The notes beneath the pieces are model-generated. The model ran no database searches. It had not been told where the DNA came from and saw only the letters and a program-made list of their open reading frames with translations. The position numbers and the translations under genes were made by a program. Shown in pieces: positions 51,951 to 64,000 of a stretch of DNA of 64,000 bases. Origin of the DNA: Felis catus. Its lineage: Eukaryota. Within the stretch, counting starts at the first letter, position 1. Every line of letters starts with the position of its first letter. Where the stretch lies: NCBI RefSeq assembly GCF_018350175.1, contig NC_058369.1:25174001-25238000 (forward strand). The letters are read 5' to 3'.

Positions 51951-54900
51951 CATCCGCTAAATAAAAGCGGCAGTCTTCACCAACGATATGAAACAAGAAA
52001 GGCTAACAACCTTCACGCTGTTATTGTCCACATCTCTCCAATAAAGACACAAGGAAGGATTCCTCTCCCCTAAGAACCAAATTAGCATTGAGGCTATTGG
52101 GGACCATGGGGTTTTCTTTCTTAAGAGGAAGGTGTGTCGTTTCTTCTCTAGGAGTAAAATAGCTTTTTCTTCATTTGTTTCTTTTAAAAGATGCTCAACT
52201 CTGAAAAAAGGAAAAGTTCTGAAAATCATGTAACTCCACATTTTTGGAGGAACAGTCTTCCTGTTTATTTGTGCTTAAGTCAGGGAACCTGAGACTAGGG
52301 CTTGGCTAGAAAAAAAAAACACCCCACATTTGCAGCTATGAAGTCGCAAGACTGAACTTTAATACACAAACACGCACGACCTCAAATTATGACCCATTGA
52401 TGCTGATGATGTCATAGTTGCTAAAGACATTTTTGAACTTCTGCTCTGGGACTGTCTTCAGTTATTACTAACGTGTTAACCAAAAATGGTCTCATGACTT
52501 TAAGGCCCCATCTCATTTTTGGTTCAAAATGCTATTACCCAACCTGAGGGCCTGGGCCTGGACCTGGACCTGAATGTCTTCTGATTCTCTCTGGAGATCA
52601 ATGTGCCTCAAAGGCCCAGGATTTGGCCCTCTGGAGGATCCCCTGCAGGACGCTCTGTCCACTGTGTGGCTGGACTGGGTCTGTCCAGGTGGTTCTTGTT
52701 GCTTGTGGCCAACCTCTGGGAGAAAAACACCTTTACCTGGGCTTCCACTTCCCCAATCCATCCCTGGACAAAGCTGACTATGTCAGATGCTAAGTCCTTT
52801 CTGTAGGGCACTAGGGAGTTAAGATGAACACCTAGCTCCCTACCTTCAACTACCTTCAAGATTTGCTTACCTGGGTCCTTGGACCTACTCCAGGTGTCCT
52901 GTCCAGAGAACACCAGCTAACTTAGCCACACAAGCCTCTTATTCTCAGGACCAAGGCTTTTTATTGAGATCATCCTTATATTCTAATTCTTGTTTCCCCA
53001 ATTTCAAGAAGCCTGTGATTCAGTAGAACCTTTATCTGAATTCCGTGTTATCATTTCCATTGCCTGGAACAATGTATCAGTCAAAAACTGCAGGTCTGCT
53101 TAAAACAGATGTTTTGCCTTAATCTACAAGGCAACTGTTCTCATTCCCAGCACAAGATGGGGAGGTTTAAAAAAAAAAAAAGTGAAACTAGTAAGGCAAA
53201 ACCACGAAGTTGGGACATCTCAACACTGTGGTTTTGCTACTTGGTATGTTAGAGTCTGCTTGTGTTGAACATAAGAAACATTAGTATTTGAAAATAAGTA
53301 TCCAAACCATAAATCCAAACGAAAAGTTTACCTGATTTTTGGTCTAGCACATTTTTTCCCTTGCATTTTCACAAGAAGGAAGTTCATTTAGCAAGCTCTC
53401 TGCCCACATGCATGGAGCTCAGTTGATGTTCCCCACTCCCTGCCAGTCCTCCGTGCTGTTCCTGGGGTCACTTTCTCAGAGATGCCTCATTTTCTGTGCA
53501 AAGCTGAATATCTAACCTAAAAGTAGCTCCTCGGGGTTCCTTTGGAGCACGTACCATTTCTTGGCTTCAATCTCTCTTGATACTGTTCCAGAGTGAATTT
53601 TCACGTTAGCAAGTTTGGACTGACCAATCTCCCTTGCAGAACGTATCCTGACGGTGGAAGGGCAGGCCAGGCATATGTGGGCAGGAGCTCTGCACTTGTC
53701 CCAGACTCTCCAATATCATGGAACATCTCTTCTCCAACCGGATGCCTGGTTCTGTGGGGGAGGTGGTTGTGAGGCTCACTTGTCTCCCCTGCAGAGCAGC
53801 TGCAGGAAACTCGATGCCAGAGAACAGACAAACACGTTCTTCCCCCAAGAAGCCGTCAGCTGCCTTTACAGAGCATGGAGTGTGGCATTTGCATCAAAAA
53901 TACACACAAACCTCTTCTTTGCAGCAAGGCTGCAAACCTTCCCTTCCCACCTGCTGAGCATGTGCTTGGATGGAAAGTCCTGCCTCATTCTACCTCCCAA
54001 CCCCTCCTTGAGACATTTCTCAGTGTCTCCCTTAATATTGGTCCTACCTGCTAAAGGAGTAAAACCCAGGGTCCCCTGTGTAGTGCTGAGTAAAAGCAGG
54101 GTGCCCGAAGCCAACAGCACCCACGGAAAGGGTGGAGAAAGATGCTCACAACCCCTCAAGGACACAGGGAGAAGGGATTCCACAAAGACATCATCACACA
54201 CATGCTAATAGACAAGCAGGATTTGAACAACTGTTTTCCCTTCGGAAGGAGAAATTCTGTAGAAACTTCATTCATTAAAAACAGAACATTTACTTTTCCT
54301 TTTTTAAAGCAAATTCTTTCCTCCTAAACTCTAAATACCTATTTTTGGTAGGAGCACAAGAGACCAATCTTTCACTGGGTAAATACAACAGAAACACACA
54401 GCGAAACATGATTCACAGGCTGAGTTGTGGGGGGAGTACTTTGAGATTCAAGAATTGAATGACTTCAGGTCTCATGTCTTCTTCAGATGATATTAGAAGA
54501 GCAAACTCATCTTTGTGACAGTCTCCCCTCCACCTTCTTAAAATGAGATTTATCATTAGTCAAAACCAGTTCAGCAGATTAAGTGGCTGCCACCTGCACA
54601 TCGCCATATTTCAATGGATTCTGATCCCTGATATTCTGGACACAGCTTTAGATCAGAAGCCAAATGAAGCACGGACTCCGGCTTCCAGTAATCCAGCCCA
54701 GTTGGGTATTAGTCTTTTAAAAATAAACTTCCAGGCAGCAACATCTAAGACACTGCACAGTAGATGTAACCCCGGGAAACTTGGTGGGCAGATCCCACCC
54801 CCACACGAAGCCTACTCAAACCAAGAGGCGGTCCTGTGTCCTGAGTTTTGCTGCTTTCTGGACATTGACCAACCTATGTCAGAAAGAATTGTCTAGATGG

Positions 54901-55550
54901 TCAGCCTGACCCTGCAGCCCCCACCTCAGTGTGCCATGGCACCCACGAACACATAAAGACTCGTATTATGAAAGGTGATACGATATACAGTCACTTCCTT
55001 GACCTTTGACTCAGAGCTTTTTTAACATCCAAGCCATTGTAAATTCTACACCCAAAACAGACAAGAACATCATCTGTAAGAACATGGATTCCAGATAGAC
55101 TGGCACTTGGTTTCTGTGGCTGTAATGGTACTAAAAGTGCTTCTTCCACAAAGCATTTCCAATCAAAGTAGCCAACAGCGAATGGGCAAAGTCGGAAGAG
55201 ATAAATAAAATCTGAATGAGCAGTGCAGGTATTTTCCTGTTTCTCTGTGCATGTTTCCTCCCGACCTCCCAGAGCTGGCTCTAATCCAAGGTCTGACCTA
55301 ATGTGACCAGCTGCCGTCAGACCTTGTGGACATGCCTTCCAGAGGTCCATATGGTTTTAGAAAATTGGAGACTTTGCCAAGATATCAGGTAGAGGGATGG
55401 GGCAAGGAGAGCAAGTACTGGCCCGAATTTCACTCCAAATATCCTTGTAGGAGACCTCAGCTCCAAGCAGACTGCTCAACCAGAGAGAAGAGCTGGGGGA
55501 CCAGAGAGAGGCAGCAGCTAAAGTGGCAATGCGTAGACTCTTCTGTTTTG

Positions 55551-55663
55551 TTACAAAGGGGCGACTGCGTGGAGTTCACCAGTGTAGCTGCAGCAACCAG
55601 GCTCTGCTCGGCACACCCCAGAGGTGAGGAGCTTGGAAGGGAAGGCGGGAGGATCCTCCTCAC
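55551..55663 (-). CDS. IL17RD: IL17RD last coding exon ([37 protein letters not shown])
   Basis: ccttAG| acceptor, phase 1 continues the previous exon, TAA at 55553-55551. Ends ELHAVAPL like human IL17RD. Confidence 0.95.
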
Positions 55664-56026
55664 CTAAGGAAAGAAGACAGGGCAGAGACACGTCATCGCA
55701 CTTCACTGGGCTGGGGGCTAAGGCCAGAGTGTGGCTGCATCTGGGCTGGGACTATGGGCTTTACAAGCGAGGCAGGCATACCAACCAGCTCAAGACAGGG
55801 CACTCTCATCCTGGTGGCGGGCTCCCTTAGCCCAGGGTCAAGGGTTTGCATGCATGACTCCCGCTGGCCACAGGGACCGTAAGGAGCAGTCCCAGATGGC
55901 ATCCTGCACCTGCTCCCTTGGGAGGTAGGACTCTTCTACAGAGCCCTCCTACCTGGCCCTGTGCTGAGATATGATGGAGAGAACATCGTGTCCATCAACC
56001 CCTGGATCACAAGATGTGGCTTTCAA

Positions 56027-56250
56027 GGGGCGCCTGGGTGGCGCAGTCGGTTAAGCGTCTGACTTCAGCCAGGTCACTATCTCGCTGTCCGTGAGTTCGA
56101 GCCCCGCGTCAGGCTCTGGGCTGATGGCTCAGAGCCTGGAGCCTGTTTCCGATTCTGTGTCTCCCTCTCTCTCTGCCCCTCCCCCGTTCATGCTCTGTCT
56201 CTCTCTGTCCCAAAAATAAATAAACGTTGAAAAAAAAATTAAAAAAAAAA
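56027..56250 (+). mobile_element. Young felid CAN-SINE in the last IL17RD intron
   Basis: 16-bp TSD aagatgtggctttcaa at 56011 and 56251. Confidence 0.95.
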
Positions 56251-56677
56251 AAGATGTGGCTTTCAAAGCACTGGCATTGGTGAGGGGTGGTGAACACCTC
56301 AAATCTCAACAAAGATACAGGTCCACAGCCCCTCATCTGATACCCCTGGGGCAAGCTGTCTTGGCAGTCAGATGTCTGTGGGGTTCAGGAAGGTGATATA
56401 ATGCACACACTGCATGTTACATAACACCACTTGTGGGGCCTGGGCAAGCTCACTGTAACTTAGCATCAGTATTTCTGCAGTTCCCGTGAACACTCCCAGT
56501 GCCTGGAATAAATGGGGACTACCAATGGAGTTGGGTTACTTCCCATGAGGTTTCATTGCCAATAACTCCACCCGAAAATTAGGAAAACCCTTGCATGGAT
56601 TTGGGAATTAGGGACAAAGGCTGTGGCCTGCATCAGGAACCCAACCCAAAGATACTCTGGGCTTTGCTGCACCTTAC

Positions 56678-57611
56678 CCAGGCCGGAGGAGGAGGACACG
56701 CTCTCCGTCAGTGAAGATGTTTCTGTTTGATCTGCTGAGAGTCCTTCCATTAGGGGCAGAGACAGCTCCGAGGAGGGCACGGATGAGTCGTAGATGCCCG
56801 AGTCCCGGGGCATGTCCGAGGGGCTGGCGGCTTTCACCACGTGCAGCAGGGGGCGCAGGACCGAGCCGCTGCCGGGCCCAGGCCCCGCCTCCACGTCTGG
56901 GTCCAGGCCCAAGGGCTGGCCCTCCGAGGGCAAGTCGGCCTGCACCCCGGGGACCGCCTCGGCCTTGAGGCAGAAATCGCTGTCAGGGCCTGGTTTGCAC
57001 ATGACATCATTTAACACTAAGCCCGAGTCAAACTTCTCCAGCACTGGCTCCCGGTAGTGAAGTGGGGTAGGGCGTAGGGGAATGAATTGCTTCTCAAACC
57101 AGTCGGGCTCCTCATCGATAAATTGGTGCATGTTGCAAATGGCAACGTAAAGGGACCGACCTGATTTGCTGCGAAAGTAGTTCCTTCTGCTCACCTGTCC
57201 GGGGTACTGTCCGGGCTCCGGGAGACCGTGGTCTCGGGAGTGCAGGTGGGAACAGAGCTGGGGAAGGTTGTCCATGAGTTTGTACTTGGTGCTCAGGTCC
57301 AGGATGCCGGGAACATCTCCCTCGCAGGAATAGTCGAAGTAAACGGTGATGAACTTGCTGAGCTGGGCTGAGGAGCTCTGTTTGGCCTGGCGGAGCTTTT
57401 CGGCGATGGCGGACACAGCCACCAGGAAGAGCTCGCCCTTCCCGGAGCCCCGGCCGCTGCCTTTGTGTTTGTAGTTCTTCTTGTCCACAAAGTACTTCAT
57501 GCCTTTGGAACACACCACGATGATGAACTGGGACTCATGGATCTTCTGGATGACCCATTCTCTCTGTCCTTCTCGGCAAAGACTGAAGTCTTCCCACAAG
57601 TCCAGAGCCAC
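56678..57611 (-). CDS. IL17RD: IL17RD large exon, SEFIR domain and C-terminal region ([19 protein letters not shown]...SSSSGL)
   Basis: 934-nt exon within ORF 56553..57635, ttccAG| acceptor and |GTAAGG donor. Strong similarity to recalled IL17RD/Sef. Confidence 0.97.
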
Positions 57612-58371
57612 CTGGAAATAGATCACAGACTTCACTCACCCCAACCGCCAGGGGGTGGGTGGTCAGGTCAGGTAACAAAAACAAGAGTGTTACAAGAAGG
57701 TCACATCATACGTCCCTTGAGTATTCTCAGCACTGCCGTGTGCAGGCTCAGAGCTGCTGGGCTTTGAGAACAGCTCACATTCTGTGGGTGATGGTCACGT
57801 GCCAGGCCCTCTGCATTGTGCCCCTGTTTTAGCCTAACGCGGGGTCATTAACACACTCACCCTATGAGGGAAGATCCTGAAGAGAAATCTGGAAGGTGAT
57901 GATGGAAGGATCTGGGTGAAGGACCCTGAAGCAGGCAGCAAATGGGGCTCACATCTGGATGCCAGAGGCGCCCACAATGCTGACTGACTCACATCTAGAG
58001 AGCGTGACTGACAAAGAAGACCTCCTTGGCCCCAAGGTCAGCCACGCTGTTTACCAGTCAATGGCCAGAGAGGAGAGGGTGGTGGACTGTAGTAACACAG
58101 CCACTCTCCTTAATGCACTTAGTGAATGACTGGCACCTCCCCCCATGATTTCATGGCAATCTATGGGGTCATCTCCCTAGAAGGCCTTTAACCCCAAGGA
58201 GCCTCTGGGAGGGCATTTGGGGGGAGGGGCACTGACAAAGGAACGAAAACCAGGCACGCATGTCCCCTTCAGAGGGCTTCACCTTCTCTGACCATTTTCA
58301 TGTGATTCTGCTGAAAACGTCTCTTGGCAGTTGTATCAACCTTTCTTTCTGTGGCTCAGAAACTAATTCCC

Positions 58372-58596
58372 GGGGGTGCCTGGGTGGCTCAGTCAGTTAA
58401 GTCTTCAGCTCAGGTCATGATCTCATGGTTCTTGAATTCGAGTCCTGCATTGGGCTCTGCACTTACAGTGTGAAGCCTGCCTGGGATATTTTCTCTCTCC
58501 CTCTCTCTTGCCCCTCCTCCATTTGTGCACGTGCTTGCTTGCTCTGTCTCTCTCTCTCTCAAAAATAAACAAATAAACTTAAAAAAAAAAAAAAAG
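58372..58596 (+). mobile_element. CAN-SINE
   Basis: 13-bp TSD gaaactaattccc. Confidence 0.9.
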
Positions 58597-58981
58597 GAAA
58601 CTAATTCCCAGGGGCTATGCCTGAGTGCAGGAGCCACTGTCTCTTATGAGGAAGGGTGTTCTGAAATGATTTTCTTCCTTTTTGGCTCTAAGGTGTTATC
58701 AAAGGGAAGAAGGTCCCCAGCATTCACTCACTTGCTGAAAATAATCCTAAATCATCTTATGTTTCCTTAATTCTCACTAGCATTATACATTCTAAAAGCT
58801 AACTAGAAATATATACCAAGCATTTAAAAAATTTTCCCATCTTTGACCCAGCAATTCCACTTCCTGGCTTCTATCTCTGGAAAATCATTAGAAAGGAGGC
58901 AAAATTGAACTACTGAGCTGTTTAACAATATGAAATAACTCAATTATAGTAAATTGATATGGATCATGTGGCTAAAGTTGC

Positions 58982-60110
58982 ATGGTGCAGTCATGCTGGA
59001 AAACAGTATGGAGGTTCCCCAAAAAGTCAAAACTAGAACTAGTCTATGATCCAGCAATTGTACTATTATGTATTTCCCCACAGAATACAAAAATGCTAAT
59101 GTACCCCGATGTTTATAGCAGCATTATCAACAAAAGGCAAATTATGGAAAGGCTCAAATGTCCATCGATAAAGAAGACGTGGTTTATATACACAATGGAA
59201 TACTACTTGGTGATGAAAAAGAATGAAATCTTGCCATTTGCAACAATGTGGATGGAATAGGAGGGTAATATGCTAAACGAAATAAGTCAGTCAGAGAAAG
59301 ACAGGTATCATGTGAAGTCACTCATATGTGGGATTTGAGAAACTCAACAGATGAGTTGAGGGGAAGGAAAGGAAAAATAAGATACAACAGAAAGGGAGGC
59401 AAACCATAAGAGACTCTTTAAACACAGAATGAACTGAGAGTTGATGGGGGTGGGGGATTGGGAGGGTGGGGGATGGGCATGGAGAAGGGCACTTGTTGGG
59501 ATGAGCACTGGGCATTGTATGCAAGTGATGAATCATGAAAATCTACTCCTGAAGCCAAGACTACACTGTATGTTAGCTACCTTGACAATGAAAAAAAAAA
59601 AAAAAAAAGATGTGGCATGTATATATTATATATTATACATTAGATGTTATATATATTTCATCATTACATTATATTACATATACGTCCCACATGATGGGAC
59701 ATTACTCAGCCATAGAAAAGAATGAAATCTTGCCATTTTCAATGACATGGATGGAGTTAGAAAAGATTATACTAACCAAAATAAGTCAGAGAAAGACAAA
59801 TACCATGTGATTTCACTCATATGTGGAGTTTAAGAAACAAAACAAATGATCATTGGGAAAAAAGGGAGAGAGAAAGCAAACCAAGAAACAGACTCTTCAC
59901 TTTAGAGAACAAACTGATGGTTACCAGAGGGGAGGTGGGTGGGGGATGGGTAAAATAGGTGATGGGGATTAAGGAGGGCACTTGTCCTGATGAGCACCAA
60001 GTGTTGTATGGAAGTGTTGAATCACTACTGTGTATACTGGAAAATAATATTACCCTGTATGTTTTACTAACAGGAATTTAAATACAAACTTAAAAAGTAA
60101 TGAAATAAAA
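58982..60110 (+). mobile_element. Two tandem carnivore L1 3' ends (first ends in poly-A at ~59608)
   Basis: aagaatgaaatcttgccattt...ggatgga and aaataagtcag..agaaagaca motifs each occur twice. Confidence 0.85.
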
Positions 60111-60457
60111 TTACAGTTTACATAGAACTTTCAATAGTGTAAAAAGTTAATGAAGAGACAGGAAAAAATCATTCCAATCACCCCAAAATGGAAAACTGTA
60201 TGCATGACTTCATCTATGTAGAAAGGAACTGGAAGGAAATACACCAAGTATTAGCTGTGGGTCCTCTTTTCTCCAGGTTGAGATTACAGGCCATTTTTTT
60301 TTCTTTGTCATCCTTTAGTGTTTGCAAATTTTCTACAGTAAGCATTACCCTCATAATTGGAAGACTTTTTTCACCTGAGGCTAGTTAGTTACAAAGTAGA
60401 GCAAATGGGTTGTCTGTGTCTAAAGACTGTGTGGCACCCGCTAGAGCTTGTAATTGC

Positions 60458-60679
60458 TTTTTTTTTTTTTTAATTTTTTTTCAACGTTTTTATTTATTTT
60501 TGGGACAGAGAGAGACAGAGCATGAACAGGGGAGGGGCAGAGAGAGAGGGAGACACAGAATCGGAAACAGGCTCCAAGCCATCAGCCCAGAGCCTGACGC
60601 GGGGCTCGAACTCACGGACCGCGAGATCGTGACCTGGCTGAAGTCGGACGCTTAACCGACTGCGCCACCCAGGCGCCCC
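60458..60679 (-). mobile_element. Young felid CAN-SINE
   Basis: TSD tgtaattgctttt at 60449 and 60680. Confidence 0.95.
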
Positions 60680-60757
60680 TGTAATTGCTTTTTTAGTACA
60701 CAGGCCAATCGGCCCATCTCTGTAGCTTCATGTGTCAGCCTTGTAAATAGGTGTTCC

Positions 60758-60774
60758 TGACACTAGGGGGCAGC
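60758..60774 (+). promoter_or_regulatory. Candidate CTCF site
   Basis: acactagggggcag matches CCASYAGRKGGCRS at 13 of 14 positions. Motif match only. Confidence 0.45.
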
Positions 60775-61369
60775 CTCGCTACATGAAAAGACTAAAACCT
60801 ACCAGGAGGCAGAGTATCAAAGCACAAACAACTTCAATTACACAATTACTGTACAATTCTTGCATTGGCAAGAAACAGAGTGTGCCTTCCATGAGAGCTT
60901 CAAACTTCACTCTAAAATTAGCACTATGACATTATAGAAAAGCTACATATTTAGAGCTTAATTCAAAAGAATAGGCAAGAAACCTTAGTGGACCATTTGA
61001 GTACTTCACAAATTATTGTTCTTTCTTAGCAAAACTTCTCCAAAGAGCTGTCTAAACCCAATGCTTTATTTTTCATGTTCTCTTAGACCTTTCAAAGCTC
61101 ACCAGGATATTGTGAGTGACCACCCCCCAACACTCCCGTTGCATGTTTCCAGGGCACATGCTGCTTCCCTCCATGCAACTGCATGGTCTTTTTGATGTTT
61201 ATAAAACTTCCTTCCAGGTAGGTACCACTAAAGGCTTTTGAGCAGGAGTGTTTCAGGGTTAGGACTAAGCATTAGGAAACATTTAGTGCTGGCGATGGGT
61301 AGGACACACTGAAGAAGTGTGAGGCTGACCCCGATTTGGAAGCCAGCCCCTGGTGGAAGGCAAGAGTCA

Positions 61370-61705
<336 letters not shown>

Positions 61706-62302
61706 CTAATGCCATCTTCAAGAAACAACAGTTGACATGTCTGCCTGAGCATGTGCCCAGCGGCCCCCGCCCCCAGCCCCTGGGGACACCACCGGGAATG
61801 GGACAGCCGATTTCTCCAGTGGAGCAACAAATGGCCAAGATTTGTTGTTCGCCTGACACTGACCTCAAGTAGGCTGGGAAAACTGCAGGGACCACCCTGG
61901 CCAGCAGAGAGCACCCAGAAGCAGCTGGTGCTCCAGGTGTTAACTACCAGACCAATTAAGCACTGACAGCTGAGCTTCTTAAACAAAAGGGGTGGGCGGG
62001 AGAAAAGAAAACCCTTTTACTGAGGTATAACTTATAAAGTATATAACTCTTAAGAGTACATCTCAACAGACTTTTAACTAAATATATACCTGTGCAACCA
62101 CCACTCAGATCAAGGTATGAAACATTTCCAAGCTCCCCCAGGAAGTTCCTTCCCAACACCTGACTTTTATAAGTGATCACGCCCTACCTCTGCCCTTACA
62201 CCTTTAAACTTCCTTTATGTTCTTGAATTTACTACCTTAAATTTGAGAACAGAATTACAGCTTCGTGTTCATGGCTCCTGAGGTTAAAAATCAAGCATTT
62301 TA

Positions 62303-62551
<249 letters not shown>

Positions 62552-62919
62552 TCAAAGACAAGAGGCTTGAAACTTAAGCAGCACAAGGTCAAAGGGAAAT
62601 CTCCCCCCTACCTTTTTAAACACAAGCTGCATAACAGATTCTAGAACCTCTTGACCACATTTCTCTAGTACTGGTCTGGTGATTATAAAAGGATTTCTTT
62701 TAAAGGGTTATAGGATACAATACCACAGTTAGAGTTGCTCAACAGTAAATACCTATGAGTGGGAATTCTGCCCAAGGAAACCTCACCTCCCACCACTTTT
62801 CTTCCGAGGACAAGTGACTATTTAGTCCCAGCTACACACAAATACACACCAAACACACTGGGGTCAGTTTTCCAGACACTGACATTAGGATGGAAGGAAA
62901 GTCAGCTTTGATGGGATAG

Positions 62920-63163
62920 CTTTTCTTTTTATTGTTTTTAAGTTTATTCTGAGAGAGAGTGTGCACACACATGTGAGAGGGGGAGGGGCAGACAGAGAGA
63001 ATCCCCAGCAGGCTTTGCACTGTCAGTGCAGTCTGACTTGGGGGGATGTGGGGCTCAATCTCACAAACTGTGAGATCATGACCTGAGCCAGGTGATCCAA
63101 GATCATGACCGGAGCTGAAATCAAGAGTCAGATGCTTAACCGACTGGGACACCCAGGCACCTC
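62920..63163 (-). mobile_element. CAN-SINE with a small internal duplication
   Basis: Reverse-complement SINE. agatcatgacc is repeated. Confidence 0.85.
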
Positions 63164-63309
63164 TGATGGAACATCTTTTTAAAAGACAGGAGCTCAAATG
63201 CTGTGTTTTGATTTTGTAAAACATGAAGTATAGAATGTTATCAAATAGCATGGTCTGCTGTAGTCCTGTGCCAACATTTCACACAGAAAATTAAAAAAAA
63301 AAATCATAC

Positions 63310-63364
63310 CTGGCTTTAAGGCATAATGCATCACTTTTCTTGTTGTATTAGTGTCATCCACCAG
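63310..63364 (-). CDS. IL17RD: IL17RD internal coding exon (extracellular juxtamembrane; LVDDTNTTRKVMHYALKP)
   Basis: 55-nt exon bounded by tgtAG| and |GTATGA. Phase 0 to phase 1 joins the next exon in frame. Peptide matches recalled human IL17RD. Upstream exons lie beyond the window. Confidence 0.93.
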
Positions 63365-64000
63365 CTACAAAACAGAGGATGCTGTATCATTATTTTATAA
63401 AAGTGATAACATCTCAACAGATTCCGTCCATGTTTCCATATGTGGACAGTGGGGGGTAGGAGGAAGGAGAGCTGCTGTCTATGATCACGAATGAGCCAGG
63501 ACTAGACATTACATCAGATCCATCTCTGCTTTACCAACTCAAAACCCTCAACCTCATCACCTTTCCTTTCATGAATCAAACATGGTTCACTCATCGATGA
63601 ATCAGCTGGTGAGTTCCACATTCTAACAATCTTCAATTACAACGGCATCCTACCACTAATTTTATGAGGCCCCCATTAATGCTTTAAGAGGGTTTAAAAC
63701 CCTCTTAAAACCACATACTGCTACCAAGTCATACAACCAGTGTTTCTCCTAAAATGTTGAAACATGTTGGTTTCTCTGAATAGTGGGGCTATGGGCAAAT
63801 TTTTAATTTCATTTCCTATTTTTCTTTTTTTCTATTTTTGTTTGACTCCTATTTTTTGTAGTATGTTTGATACTAAAAAAGTAATCTAAAATAAAGAAGA
63901 AAAATATATATCCCTTGCATGCTTTTTTCTGTGGTGTTTAGAACTTCATATATATTAATACAGAAAATGTCAGCAGAAACCTAGAGAGGGATAGGCAGAT

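Larger units (their letters stand above)
49315..55550 (-). other. IL17RD: IL17RD long 3'UTR (~6.2 kb; end position approximate)
   Basis: Stretch after the stop codon with no CAN-SINEs, ending at AATAAA (plus-strand tttatt 49335-49340) preceded by UGUA motifs. Confidence 0.75.

Noticed and set aside
53654..54208. 184-aa plus-strand ORF
   Set aside because: Non-ATG start, antisense to the IL17RD 3'UTR, no recognisable domain.
56553..57635. 360-aa ORF as a stand-alone single-exon gene
   Set aside because: It is one internal IL17RD exon (56678-57611) plus intronic read-through at both ends.

Overview
Mammalian, not microbial, DNA. The tRNA-derived CAN-SINEs of the felid type point to a cat or a close relative. 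The window matches the human ARHGEF3/SPATA12/IL17RD neighbourhood (recognised from memory of the human proteins, not from a database search). On the minus strand it holds the last five coding exons of IL17RD (Sef): juxtamembrane, TM, SEFIR domain and C-terminus, plus a ~6.2 kb 3'UTR. About 10 kb further on is a CpG-island promoter with non-coding exon 1 of the long ARHGEF3 isoform, then a ~38 kb intron and the first coding exon (MDSSTVMNQC...). The rest is mostly SINE, LINE, LTR and DNA-transposon relics and microsatellites. The most notable observations are four. (1) A disabled but full-length counterpart of primate SPATA12 (ATG->ATA, frameshifts, stops) whose C-terminal part looks MIR-derived. 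(2) A five-copy tandem array of chimeric SINEs whose recombination history can be read from the sequence. (3) An intact solo gammaretroviral-type LTR with a 4-bp TSD. (4) A closely spaced inverted pair of young SINEs. I found no CRISPR array, operon or novel enzymatic system.
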